64,000 bases of DNA, taken from assembly GCA_039024555.1 (NCBI GenBank), contig JBCCQQ010000024.1, positions 15,149-79,148 on the forward strand, in the 5' to 3' direction. The stretch comes from Cyanobacteria bacterium P01_D01_bin.156 (GTDB lineage Bacteria; Cyanobacteriota; Cyanobacteriia; Phormidesmidales; Phormidesmidaceae). Every line of letters begins with the position of its first letter. Positions within the stretch are counted from its first letter, which is position 1. The notes below the pieces were generated by a model that did no database searches, was not told the origin of the DNA, and worked only from the letters and a program-made list of their open reading frames with translations. The translations under genes and the position numbers were made by a program. Below, piece by piece: positions 50,901-60,450 of the stretch.

Positions 50901-53489
50901 TTCCTCAGTGACCATGGTGGTTTGCTGCTCAAGCACACCGCCAATGGTGGAGGTCCTGGACTCATTGAGGGCCTTGGCTCCGGTATTTTCTGCCCCGGTC
51001 ATGGTGGTGGCAGCCCCTCCTAAAACCTGATCCTGATGCTCTAGGACGGCGGGTACATCCTGCTGTGCACTGGTTTCCAGTTCCGATTGTGAGTCGAGGG
51101 CTGTGGCAATGGGGCCATCGGGGGCTCCTTCTGCTGCCTTACGAGCGGATGGTTTATCCATCCCCGCCTCGGTAATGCGTTCAGAGCTGGCGGTTACGTC
51201 GCCTTCTAAGTCGAGTTCGACAGGCTCCGGCACAGCCGCATCAGCATTAATGTCGGGGGCATTAACGTTTTCAGGAGGAACGTCTATTTCCTGGCTATTG
51301 TCTTCGGGAATACCTTCTTGGGGTTGATCTAGCTGTTCATAGTTACCTTGAATGCGCTCAGCATCCCCTTCAACGGAATTCTTAAGACCTGCGTCCCCAG
51401 CCTGCGCTGCCTCATCTGCCTCAAAGCTAGCTAGCTCTTTTTCATCGTCGGGTTCTTCTTCATTAATGATTTTGGCAATGCGATCGCAAATCGATTCTAT
51501 GGATGGTACCGGAGCCTCTTGCTGATTAGCCGCTGCCACTACTTCGCCTTCGGCTCTAGCGTCGGCTTCTTCCTGGGGTTCTTCCACTGCTGCACGGGCT
51601 CCAGCCACGTTGGACTCGGCTGCCGGTAAGGTGGACTCGGCTGCTGCCGTATTGCCCACCCGACCACGCACCTGCCCCAGACGACCCCGCTCTGAACCTG
51701 AGAGACTGGCTGGGGGTTCCGGTGTCAATAGTTCAATGGCAGTGCTCTGTTCTTCTGGGGCGGCGTCAGCAGCGGGTACACTTTCGTCGGTGCTGCTGGT
51801 AGTTACTGTCGGCTCAGGCCCAGCCGATAGGGCTGCCGCCTGGTCAGCGCTTGGTTCCAGGGTGGACCGGGGCGATAAATCAGGGTTAGGGGGTGGTTCT
51901 CCAGTAACCTCGATCTCTACATCGACGCTGACGGTGCCCCCCGCTCCTGCTGCCATTTCGGGCAGTTCGAGATCGTTCCAGCCTTCCGGGCCTAATTCAT
52001 CTTCGGCTTTGGGTACGGCCCTAGCAAAGCCTAACCACTGGTCTTTACTGCGGGTGCGCTTGAGAATAGCGCTTAGAGGACCGGTATTTCCCTCAATACT
52101 AATGATCGTGCTGCCTTTAACGTCAATTACCGTACCGTGGTGAGAACGGTCTCCTTTTTGAAGAGCTACATCCCCTGGTAAAGGCTGCTCGCCAGCAGTC
52201 TTAAACTGTAATTTCTCTGGACCGATGGTGGGTCCCATCCAGGGGCCTGGCCATAGTCCACCATTATTTCCGGCTTGATTTTGTAGCCAAAGGGCAAAAA
52301 TACCACACCAGCTGGGGGTACGCTGAGACCCTGGAGTACTTTGCACACCTGGAGTACTGGGATCTACATCGGGGCCGGGACCAATTAAAACGCGAATATT
52401 GAGAATATCCCGTTCTTGGGTTTCGGTGGTGGCATATTGGGGGGCCGTTGCCTTAATAATGGACAACAGCTGATCGCCCCCTTTGCGCAAGTGGATGGTT
52501 TGCCCCCCAATCTCTCGGGTTTCACCGCTGTCGGTGTAGGCTTCAACCAGACCTACTTTACTCTTGGCAACATCGACAATTCTGGAACGCATGGGATGGA
52601 TGGGACCAGAATTCTCTTGAGAACCTTCTCCAGAACTCTCTTCTTTTGCTTGAACAACATTTTCCCTAACTAAAGATAGATGGGAACCTGTGCCGGTTTG
52701 CTGGGCCACATGGGCAGATTCGTGGGCCATCAGCCCTAGATTATGGCTGGATTCACTGCGACGGAGAAAAATATCGCTACCGTGGGTAAAGGCGCGGGCA
52801 TTTAGACTGGCAGCGGCACGATGGGCATGGGTATCGTTGTGGACACGTACTCCACTTAGGTTTACCCCCACATGGGGTTCTATGCGTTGACGGACACCAT
52901 GGGGCAATGGCGACCCTGGCCCTGGACTACGGATGGTGGCGGCTGTTCGGGTGGAAACTGAAGGCGTCCTTTGGTCACCTTGTCGCTGGACGGGTTCTTC
53001 ATCTTCGTCCGCCATCAGGGATACTGCGTCATCTTCAGTTTCCGTGCGCTGGAGGGTATCCTGCTCGTCTTCCATGCGCTGGAGCACGTCTTGTTCTTCG
53101 TCTTCCATCCGTTGGATGGGGGCATCCTCGTCTTCCATGCGCTGGAGTACATCCTGTTCACAGGCTGGGCAGGGTGCATCCTGGGAGGGCATGCGCTGAA
53201 CGGACTCTTCTTCGTCCGCCATGGTTTGCAGATCGATATAGCCCAGCTGTGGATCGCCATACCCCTCGTCCTGTTGAGTCGACACAACGGGGCTGTGCAT
53301 GACGGCATTGGCAACGGTATCGGCGTCTTGTTCGTATTTATCTCCAGGCTGGTTGACGGTGAGCTTGGTTTGCACTAAGGGCGATCGCATGGCTAGTGCC
53401 GACACCCGACCACCCCGCCCAGACTGAACCGCACCCTCGTGGGTCGGCGTGGTCTGTTTTTTGCGGTGGGTGCGCTCGGCTAGGGCCAT
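47931..53489 (-). CDS. 1852-aa DUF4157 cargo protein with CHAP-like domain, long helical stalk and C-terminal DNA/RNA non-specific endonuclease
   Basis: DUF4157 LMAHESAHVAQQ; WCGIFA...HHGTV...IEGNT; YDKGHLIAASLGGS...NFAPM...TN. Confidence 0.85.
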   Translation of the reverse strand: MALAERTHRKKQTTPTHEGAVQSGRGGRVSALAMRSPLVQTKLTVNQPGDKYEQDADTVANAVMHSPVVSTQQDEGYGDPQLGYIDLQTMADEEESVQRMPSQDAPCPACEQDVLQRMEDEDAPIQRMEDEEQDVLQRMEDEQDTLQRTETEDDAVSLMADEDEEPVQRQGDQRTPSVSTRTAATIRSPGPGSPLPHGVRQRIEPHVGVNLSGVRVHNDTHAHRAAASLNARAFTHGSDIFLRRSESSHNLGLMAHESAHVAQQTGTGSHLSLVRENVVQAKEESSGEGSQENSGPIHPMRSRIVDVAKSKVGLVEAYTDSGETREIGGQTIHLRKGGDQLLSIIKATAPQYATTETQERDILNIRVLIGPGPDVDPSTPGVQSTPGSQRTPSWCGIFALWLQNQAGNNGGLWPGPWMGPTIGPEKLQFKTAGEQPLPGDVALQKGDRSHHGTVIDVKGSTIISIEGNTGPLSAILKRTRSKDQWLGFARAVPKAEDELGPEGWNDLELPEMAAGAGGTVSVDVEIEVTGEPPPNPDLSPRSTLEPSADQAAALSAGPEPTVTTSSTDESVPAADAAPEEQSTAIELLTPEPPASLSGSERGRLGQVRGRVGNTAAAESTLPAAESNVAGARAAVEEPQEEADARAEGEVVAAANQQEAPVPSIESICDRIAKIINEEEPDDEKELASFEADEAAQAGDAGLKNSVEGDAERIQGNYEQLDQPQEGIPEDNSQEIDVPPENVNAPDINADAAVPEPVELDLEGDVTASSERITEAGMDKPSARKAAEGAPDGPIATALDSQSELETSAQQDVPAVLEHQDQVLGGAATTMTGAENTGAKALNESRTSTIGGVLEQQTTMVTEEDRLRTEVSARAQEIVSNARQEVKDLLDPLPADALKKWEDGKKAVVNKFEEDLKKVTKWIDDNKDSLITGAITYLVGLPIWIPVHFRIAKTNFINGICKLLKDVSAYVDSVIDQCEKIIDEADKEHKKLFEDLPTSLQSWAETEQQKFSGQLEALRNQVDDAQANATRRLADAAVQAAVDARDHIKELRSQARGWIGQIEDALAEFAENAAKFIIEGLLTLVGIQPAAFWAVVDKIGQAIEDIADDPMNFADNLLSAIGQGFEQFFDRFAEHMLDGLLDWLFSGLGAVGVQIPTDLSLKSIITFFLQLMGISWAKIRRLLAKHIGEENVALIEKAYEVISTMVEMGPMGMVEMIQDKINLQDILDQVLEAAVEYMVEALIKAVSARIIILFNPVGAIAQAIEAIYRVLKWIFENAARIFSLIETVVNGITKIIAGDISGMADAVEGALAQLIVPVVDFLADYMGFGDLPEQIAKTIKGFQEWIEGLLDEAIGWIVEKGKALLKSLGIGGEEEDEDSDSDDEYDGQIGKVVNFSADGESHRLYIVEQAGDAVVMMASVEKPVAEHLNDYESMAQDLQDEEKKAEVLGLINQARQILSEVDTDADELAEDVTNPEIEPEEISTQDDAVESGEDRLVGIIRKIRENLGISNDIEYPFSVEGEGHILKAEANPNGSLNLLVASDTFRALLATIMEVGNGRANYYKQLEATDLEEQINTDFYNLVQDFIPIKNHYESIPPSRNRDLAIERDLEKIVQGLNNLLQKYNIRTLHDEQFEGFPPAHNPSYGDQDSYSRSSSAEVILSVRSRPFITGTNPQAEVAGISILDGYDKGHLIAASLGGSNTDTKNFAPMLKTTNRTKSPGIRTWEEPLYKNLIDERYSNYIVGPPPYMVRYSISCIYEGNTSQLQNWLNTNFTAVDPNAAENLFRLAKNNTDLTIQAVETAMNSSVGERVSDVTQQLGFLFLPRRFSVNVYPLNSPDNRLIPIPASTGLPNR
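52975..53225 (-). repeat. Imperfect tandem repeats of about 30-33 bp encoding (L/I/V)QRME-acidic units
   Basis: TCTTCCATGCGCTGGAG recurs on the plus strand; protein reads LQRMEDEDAPIQRMEDEEQDVLQRMEDEQDTLQRTE. Confidence 0.75.
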
Positions 53490-53720
53490 GGTTTATTTCA
53501 GCGTCAAAGTCCCGTATGTAGTACATATTTGCTATACACCCTTCTGAAGGTCCAGCAGTCTAATTAACACCTTATCGTTGTAATCGTTGTATATGAATCA
53601 ATTAATAGTTTAACTAACAACAAATGTTGAATTCGAGCTATTTTTTTACAACATTCAGAGTTAATCAAAATTAATCAAAATGATATGTTCAGAGATTAGC
53701 CCTAGGAATATGGAAGAGTG

Positions 53721-54619
53721 GGTCGTGAACCAAAGAAGTGTGGAAAACGCCCTATAAAGGAATGCTATCTACCCAAAATGAATGAATTGCTCTTATTGTG
53801 ACCATCCTAAGACGCACAAACACGGTAAAACAAGCAAAGGAACGGCAACGTTACAAATGCGACCACTGTGCTCGTACATTTGTCGAAACCTTTGATACTC
53901 TCTACTATTGCGTCAAGTCAGTGCCGATGAAGTTAAGAGTATCCTTCAACCCAGGCCGAAGGGAGTAGTCTACGGGACATTAGTTGAATCAATAAACGTG
54001 CTTACAATACTACGGTCGTGTGTATCGTCTATGCAGTGGCTTATCGAGCTTAGTTGGTTCATAACGAAGAGGGTAAGGAAATTGCGACAGCCCAAGTGAT
54101 TGCTGATGAAATGTGGTCATTTGTAAAAAAACAGAAACGATGCGGACCTGAAGATATCAATCTGGGGACTGCTGGATAGGTGTGAGCTTAGCCAAGCAAA
54201 GTGGGCTGCTCCTGAGTGCTCAAGTGGGCAAGCAAACGGATGCATTCTTAACAGAACTCCTCACCAGTACCGAAGGGAGAACTGATTGTAATGTATGGTC
54301 TACCAATGCTTGGGGAGGCTATGAACGAGTAATGTCCCTGAGGTAGTACATAGTGTTGGAAAAGAGAATACCCAATGATTAGAACGAACCAATGGCATCA
54401 TCTGACAACAGACCGGTCGTTGGCATCGACGTTAGAATAAGTTTGCTAAAGTCTGGCAGACGATCGAGAGTATCATTCGACTGATCGTGACCTACTTCAA
54501 CTGGATATGGCAGCACAATCGCATCGGTGATACGGCTGCTCAGAGAGCGGAGATAATCACCAAAAGCTTGGGCCTGGAATAACATTACTTCCTATCCCAC
54601 TTTTTTCTGAGGTACGACC
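53721..54619 (+). mobile_element. Decayed IS1-family element
   Basis: InsA-like MNCSYCDHPKTHKHGKTSKG..RYKCDHC and InsB-like ADEMWSFV and LERTNGI fragments broken by frameshifts and stops; imperfect terminal inverted repeats starting GGTCGT; no target duplication seen. Confidence 0.8.
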
Positions 54620-54865
54620 GATAAGCCTACCAACTTTTACAGGCCAGATATTTTTGAAGATATTCTAATATTCCTCTAAATCCCTTGATATTAGGTGTCT
54701 AGAGGAATATTTCTTTAAGGTATGGACTGTATCGGATGACACTTTTGTGCCTTAAAGCGTTTTACATCAATTTTGCTGCATAAAAAAATCGTCATTCTGG
54801 TGAGCAACTAATAGAAGCATTTATAAAACTTTTGAATGCTTTTGCTCTGTAAGAGAGATCTCGCA

Positions 54866-56983
54866 ATGAATAATCCTGTGCAAGAATGGAATTCGATATT
54901 ACTCAACTCACGTTATAAAATCACCTCTATTTTGAAAGAAGGAGGAATGAGTCAGACATATATCGCTGGTGACACATTACGGCCAGGTAATCCTAAATGT
55001 GTTGTTAAGAAACTCCATCCTCATAGTCAAGATACTGAAGTTTTAGATATCCTGCATCGGTTGTTTGTAGAAGAAGCCAATGCTCTTGAAAAGCTTGGCA
55101 GTCACGACCAAATTCCAAGACTACTGGCGTATTTTTCCCAAGACAAAGAGTTTTATCTTATTCAAGAATACATTGAAGGACATCCATTGAGTGATGAACT
55201 AGCTTCACAAAAGGTCTGGTCTGAGAAAGCTGTTATTGCTCTTTTAAGCGAAATATTAGAAGTCCTTGAATTTGTACATCAGCAAGGAGTTATACACCGT
55301 GATATTAAACCAGAAAATTTGATTCGGAGACATGTAGATGGGAAACTAGTACTTATTGATTTTGGGGCAGTTAAACGCATTCAACTGCCCCAAGAAAATG
55401 CCACAAAACAACAAAACATTACAATTTCAATTGGTACACCTGGATACATGCCCATAGAGCAGATTGGAGGTCGCCCAGTCCTAAGCAGTGATCTCTATGC
55501 AGTTGGTATGGTTGGTATTCAAGCACTTACAGGGCAATACCCTCAAAATTTGCCCCAGAACTCCCTAGGAGAGGTTCTTTGGCAACCTCAAACCCCTGTT
55601 AGTAAAGGCCTTATGGAGTTTCTACAATATATAACCCACTCTTATCATAAGAACCGATATCAAACAGCAACAGAAGCTTTACAAGTTCTGAGAGAATATG
55701 CAGCACGAACAAATGCAACTATAAAAGCGGTTCCCAAATCTCTTACGGCTCCATTGAATCCTTCTAGTTCTCGATTTCAATTTATGAAATGGTCTAATCT
55801 AACTGGTGCTGGTGCTGCTGTTGCTCTATCAGTTTTTTCAATTGGATTTTGGATGTATGCTCAGAGTTCTAACAAACACACTTGGGGAGATGATAATACG
55901 TTAACAGTTGGTGTATTGGCCACTCAATACAATCCAACAGAAGGTTATGAAGCGCTCGTAGACCATATTGAGACTCAGCTTGAAAATGAAGTAGAAGCTC
56001 CCGTTGAAATAACTTTGGATGTAGTTCCATTTGATGAGCCAGGTGCATTTGCAAAAGCAAAAGAACAACTAAAAACTCAAAACTGGGATATTGCATTTAC
56101 AACAGCGCCTTTGATTTCTGCATCTGCTGTTAAAAATGGCTACGATTTTACGGCACGAATGTTTCCTCAGGCTCCTCAGTTTGAGTCAGCTCTTTTTGTT
56201 CGAGCTGATAGCCCTATCAAAACTTTGGATGATATTAACTCAAGTCACACGTTGGCTTTACGCGAAGTCAGCAGTGCTGCAGGATTCTACATGCCAGTAT
56301 ATGACCTCTATGGTAAGAGTTTAAGTGCAGATCTCGATAATCCGAGCTTCGATCTAATTATACGTAAGGTTGCAACTGGAGAGATTGACATTGGAGCAGC
56401 TCCTTATCAGGTCCTGGAACACTTAAACAGTAAACAGTCTGGATTTCGTATTATTCATCAAGGTAGAGCAATTCCGTTATCAGGACTCTATATTTCACCA
56501 CAACTCTCTACCAAAACTAAAACTTTACTTGAAGAAGCTCTACTCGATGCATCAGATGAACTTCAACAAGGGGCTCATTACTCTAAAGGGGTAGAAATTG
56601 ACTACACACAGTTTTTGGGAATTGTTAAAAGAGTGGATGAAATTCTTGGTTGTGCCAACTGGCAAGAAAATCCAGTCCAATTTTTCTGTGAGATTCCTCC
56701 ACAAGGGCAGGAACCTTCTGCAGAGACTATTAGTGTCAAAGGAAAAGTCAATGGGTATAGTCTTCGAAAAGATGATTCAGTTCATCTGAAATTACAAACT
56801 GAAAATCAGGGTATTTATCAGATTATTCTACCTGCTGAGATTCTTGATAAAGATCCAAGCCTCTCATCTTTACCAGACCTTGCTTACAAAATGGTTGAGA
56901 TCACAGATGTAATCCCTGAATCTAGAAATGGAACTCAAACACTATCAATTACTCAAATCGGTCAAATAAGAATGAAGCAATAG
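54866..56983 (+). CDS. Ser/Thr protein kinase with TM helix and PhnD-like substrate-binding domain
   Basis: CVVKKL, HRDIKPEN, DFG and GTPGYMP intact; TM segment; ALFVRADSPIKTL and SAAGFYMPVYDL. Confidence 0.9.
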   Translation: MNNPVQEWNSILLNSRYKITSILKEGGMSQTYIAGDTLRPGNPKCVVKKLHPHSQDTEVLDILHRLFVEEANALEKLGSHDQIPRLLAYFSQDKEFYLIQEYIEGHPLSDELASQKVWSEKAVIALLSEILEVLEFVHQQGVIHRDIKPENLIRRHVDGKLVLIDFGAVKRIQLPQENATKQQNITISIGTPGYMPIEQIGGRPVLSSDLYAVGMVGIQALTGQYPQNLPQNSLGEVLWQPQTPVSKGLMEFLQYITHSYHKNRYQTATEALQVLREYAARTNATIKAVPKSLTAPLNPSSSRFQFMKWSNLTGAGAAVALSVFSIGFWMYAQSSNKHTWGDDNTLTVGVLATQYNPTEGYEALVDHIETQLENEVEAPVEITLDVVPFDEPGAFAKAKEQLKTQNWDIAFTTAPLISASAVKNGYDFTARMFPQAPQFESALFVRADSPIKTLDDINSSHTLALREVSSAAGFYMPVYDLYGKSLSADLDNPSFDLIIRKVATGEIDIGAAPYQVLEHLNSKQSGFRIIHQGRAIPLSGLYISPQLSTKTKTLLEEALLDASDELQQGAHYSKGVEIDYTQFLGIVKRVDEILGCANWQENPVQFFCEIPPQGQEPSAETISVKGKVNGYSLRKDDSVHLKLQTENQGIYQIILPAEILDKDPSLSSLPDLAYKMVEITDVIPESRNGTQTLSITQIGQIRMKQ

Positions 56984-57107
56984 ATTTGCTTCGACTGTGA
57001 CTTGAATTTTATCAGCAACTTATGCGTAAAAATGGTGTTGTTTCATAAAATAAGCCACAAATGATTAAAATGAATATCCGACAAGGCAAGTAAGAAGATA
57101 AGTATGA

Positions 57108-58280
57108 TTGGTTCCTAAATTCGATATAAGGCACATCGTAATGCAACCCAAATATGAAACCCACAGGTATCATTTACTATTCCCAAATATCTTTGGATTT
57201 AAAGGAGGTGAGCAGGTTTATAACAATTTTCTGTTATGCTCACTTAAAGAAGTTTATCCAAATTCCCAAATCACTGTTTTCTTAAAGCGTGATAAAAACT
57301 TTGATGAGGATAATTTTACTCCTAAAAATGTCCAATTCTATTGTTTTGGTCATCTATTTGGATTTTTACAAATTCTTGTATTTTCAGTCTACTTCATAGT
57401 ACTAGGAATTATACAACGACCAAAAGTAGTTATTAGCAGTCATATTAATTTTTCTCCTATTTGCTACTGTTTATATCTTCTTACAGGGATACCTTTCTGG
57501 ATTGTTGCACATGGTTTAGAAATTTGGCAACTTAAGGGTCCATTGCGTAGGCTATCTTTACATCATGCTGAGCGCACTCTTGCTGTAAGCATGTATACGT
57601 TTAATCGATTATTAAAGGAGCAAAATCTTGATTCAAATAAGGTCTTTCTCTTAAGAAATACATTTGATGCTGGTCGATTTAATTTAGCCCCAAAACCTCA
57701 AAGGCTTCTCACTAAATATGGACTGAAGTCAAATCAACCTATTATTCTTACTGTCACTCGATTAGCGCCCTATAAAGGGTACGATAAAATTCTGCATGCA
57801 TTGCCTTACATTCGTTATGTTATTCCTAATCTCCACTATGTTTTGGTAGGTAAAGGGGAAGATAAGCAACGTATTGAAGCCTTGATAAAAAAACTTGAGC
57901 TACAAAACTGTGTAACACTTGTTGGATTTGTTTCCGATCAGGAACTATGTGATTATTATAATCTTTGTGATGTGTTTGCTATGCCTAGCTGTGGTGAGGG
58001 TTTTGGCATTGTCTTCTTGGAAGCATTAGCCTGTGGAAAACCTGTTTTAGCTGGGAATCAAGATGGTTCCATTGAGCCATTACTCAATGGTCAACTGGGT
58101 TGTTTAGTTGACCCAAATAACATTCATCAAATTGCTTATTCTTTAACTCAGATACTTTCAGGTAACTATGCTAATAAACTGCTTTACAAACCAGAAAAAT
58201 TACGAAAAAAAGTTCTAGAGGAGTTTGGGTTAACAAGATTTAAAAGTCGTTTGCATGATCTGATTTCAATAAATCAATAA
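57108..58280 (+). CDS. Glycosyltransferase family 4
   Basis: AHGLE, YKGYD and DVFAMPS.GEGFGIVFLEALACGKPV motifs; start may be ATG 57141. Confidence 0.9.
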   Translation: MVPKFDIRHIVMQPKYETHRYHLLFPNIFGFKGGEQVYNNFLLCSLKEVYPNSQITVFLKRDKNFDEDNFTPKNVQFYCFGHLFGFLQILVFSVYFIVLGIIQRPKVVISSHINFSPICYCLYLLTGIPFWIVAHGLEIWQLKGPLRRLSLHHAERTLAVSMYTFNRLLKEQNLDSNKVFLLRNTFDAGRFNLAPKPQRLLTKYGLKSNQPIILTVTRLAPYKGYDKILHALPYIRYVIPNLHYVLVGKGEDKQRIEALIKKLELQNCVTLVGFVSDQELCDYYNLCDVFAMPSCGEGFGIVFLEALACGKPVLAGNQDGSIEPLLNGQLGCLVDPNNIHQIAYSLTQILSGNYANKLLYKPEKLRKKVLEEFGLTRFKSRLHDLISINQ

Positions 58281-58348
58281 CTTTTCCCAAAAGCTATGCT
58301 TGCTGCATTTATGTCTAAATTTACTGTGTTACTTGTGTTTGACGAAAA

Positions 58349-60178
58349 ATGAAACATGTGATGCTAACTTTAACCATTGTTAATTTGTCGAAAGCTCTAT
58401 CTACACTTTTTTTGCTTTCAAGTGTTTTAGTTAGTATCAAACCAGTCTATGGTCAGTTGGGAGAGAGAACTTATGCTACTAAACTAGCTCAATCTTCTCC
58501 TCTACCAGCACCAGAGACAGTTATTCCTCCTCGACAAAAACCTTTATCTGTACCTGACTTTCTTGAAACTGAGGATTCTGATTCTTCTTTTCCAATACCT
58601 CAGTCTCCCCATATAGAAACACCTCCAGAGGAATCTTTTCAGGAAGTTCCTACCTACTTTAAGTTCAATAGCATTAACTTTATTGGTAATACAATTTTTC
58701 CATCTGAAGAATTAACGGAATTAATTTCTAACATTTTAGATAGCGAAAAACCTTTCACAGTAGCTGATCTATATGCAGCAGCTACGCGTATTACTGAATA
58801 CTATCGAGAGGCTGGATATATTACTACAGGTGCACTGCCCCGTATCTCTTTAAATGAAGCAGGTAGATTGACTTTTATTGAGTCTGGCAAAGTTACCTTT
58901 CAAATTTTTGAAGGAAGTATTGAAGATATTGAGGTAATGGGGACTCAACGTCTTAATGAAGACTATATTCGTGCTCGTCTGGAACTGGCGACACAACCGC
59001 CTTTAAATAGACAACGCTTGGTTGATGCTCTACAGCTACTTCATAATGATCCACTGATTGATAAGGTTGAGGCTATCCTAGATGGAGGAACCCAACCTGG
59101 CAGCAATACATTACAAATTAATATCCAGGAAGCACGTAGCTTTAATACATCTATCTTTTTAGATAATAGTCGCTCACCCAATGTTGGTGATTTTCAGCAA
59201 GGGTTACAGCTGAGTGAAGGTAATTTTGGGGGGATAGGAGATCGCATCATAACTTCCTATCGCCATACGGAGGGTAGCGATAGCTTTGATGTTAGTTATG
59301 CATTACCACTCAATCCTCACGGAGATACTCTTACTCTTAGTTATAGCCGTACTGATAGTGAACTGATCACGCCATCAGGATCGCTATTAGATATTGAATC
59401 TACGACGAGTTCCATCGATTTAACTTGGGAGAAAAAACTAATTCATACTCCTCGACAGGAGCTTTCTATTGGAGTAATTGGCTCACATCGTCGAAGTGAA
59501 GTTCTGTTTGGAGAGTCGATTTTTGGTTTTCCTGTGGGGTTCCCAACCCCAGGAGCAGATACTGATGGGCGTTCAAAAGTGACTGCTTTACGATTTTTTC
59601 AGGAATGGGTTTCTCGTAATACTTCTGAAGTTGCGGCTGCAAGGTCCCAATTTAGTTTGGGATTAGGCAATGTTTTAGATAGCACTATCAATGAAACGGC
59701 CCCAGATAATCGATTCTTTAGTTGGCGTGGACAGGCTCAATATCAGCGCCTCTTAGCACCAGAAATGTTCCTTTTAGTGAGGGCGGATGCTCAAGTTACT
59801 CCTGGGCGTTCATTATTGCCAATTGAGCAGTTTGGGTTGGGGGGACAGCGATCGGTACGGGGCTATCGGCAAGATCTATTGTTAGCTGATAATGGACTAT
59901 TTACCTCAGCTGAAGTTTGGTTGCCGGTGGTACGACTACCAGAAGTGGATGGTGTATTACAGGTGACACCATTTGTAGATTTAGGTTGGGTTTGGAATAG
60001 TGATGGTGATGCTCTGGCGACAGATAATTTGGCGTCTGTTGGCTTAGGATTACGTTGGCAGCAGGATAATTTAATTGCTCGCTTGGATTGGGGGCTTCCT
60101 TTGGTAGATGTGGCGAGGGAGCGTCGTACCTGGCAAGAGGATGGATTCCATTTTTCATTAAGCATTATCGATTTTTGA
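58349..60178 (+). CDS. ShlB/FhaC/HecB (TpsB) outer-membrane transporter
   Basis: POTRA-like YREAGYITT, GG..SVRGY loop and C-terminal Phe. Confidence 0.9.
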   Translation: MKHVMLTLTIVNLSKALSTLFLLSSVLVSIKPVYGQLGERTYATKLAQSSPLPAPETVIPPRQKPLSVPDFLETEDSDSSFPIPQSPHIETPPEESFQEVPTYFKFNSINFIGNTIFPSEELTELISNILDSEKPFTVADLYAAATRITEYYREAGYITTGALPRISLNEAGRLTFIESGKVTFQIFEGSIEDIEVMGTQRLNEDYIRARLELATQPPLNRQRLVDALQLLHNDPLIDKVEAILDGGTQPGSNTLQINIQEARSFNTSIFLDNSRSPNVGDFQQGLQLSEGNFGGIGDRIITSYRHTEGSDSFDVSYALPLNPHGDTLTLSYSRTDSELITPSGSLLDIESTTSSIDLTWEKKLIHTPRQELSIGVIGSHRRSEVLFGESIFGFPVGFPTPGADTDGRSKVTALRFFQEWVSRNTSEVAAARSQFSLGLGNVLDSTINETAPDNRFFSWRGQAQYQRLLAPEMFLLVRADAQVTPGRSLLPIEQFGLGGQRSVRGYRQDLLLADNGLFTSAEVWLPVVRLPEVDGVLQVTPFVDLGWVWNSDGDALATDNLASVGLGLRWQQDNLIARLDWGLPLVDVARERRTWQEDGFHFSLSIIDF

Positions 60179-60450
60179 TACCGACTCTGGTTTTCTAAAA
60201 ATATTTACGTGCGTTTGCATAAAAAAAATGATGTCAAGCAGAGAACTATATGTAGAGCTTCTGCGATTTCAATAATGCCTTAAGATTGCCCTTTTAAGGC
60301 ATTATTTATAATGCTGATGGTTGAAATTCTCAATTTTTAGAATGATAGCTCTGAAAACTGAATTGATAGCCAAAAGAAAGCAGGGGACTCCTAACAGAAT
60401 AGAGATGTTCGTCAACATATCTTTGCATATTTGTCAACAAGTTGTTTCCT

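Noticed and set aside
51610..53378. Several plus-strand ORFs of 85-177 aa opposite the large DUF4157 gene
   Set aside because: Antisense shadows of a GC-rich, repetitive coding region
53908..54585. Track ORFs 53908-54099 and 54379-54585 as independent genes
   Set aside because: They lie within the decayed IS1 element
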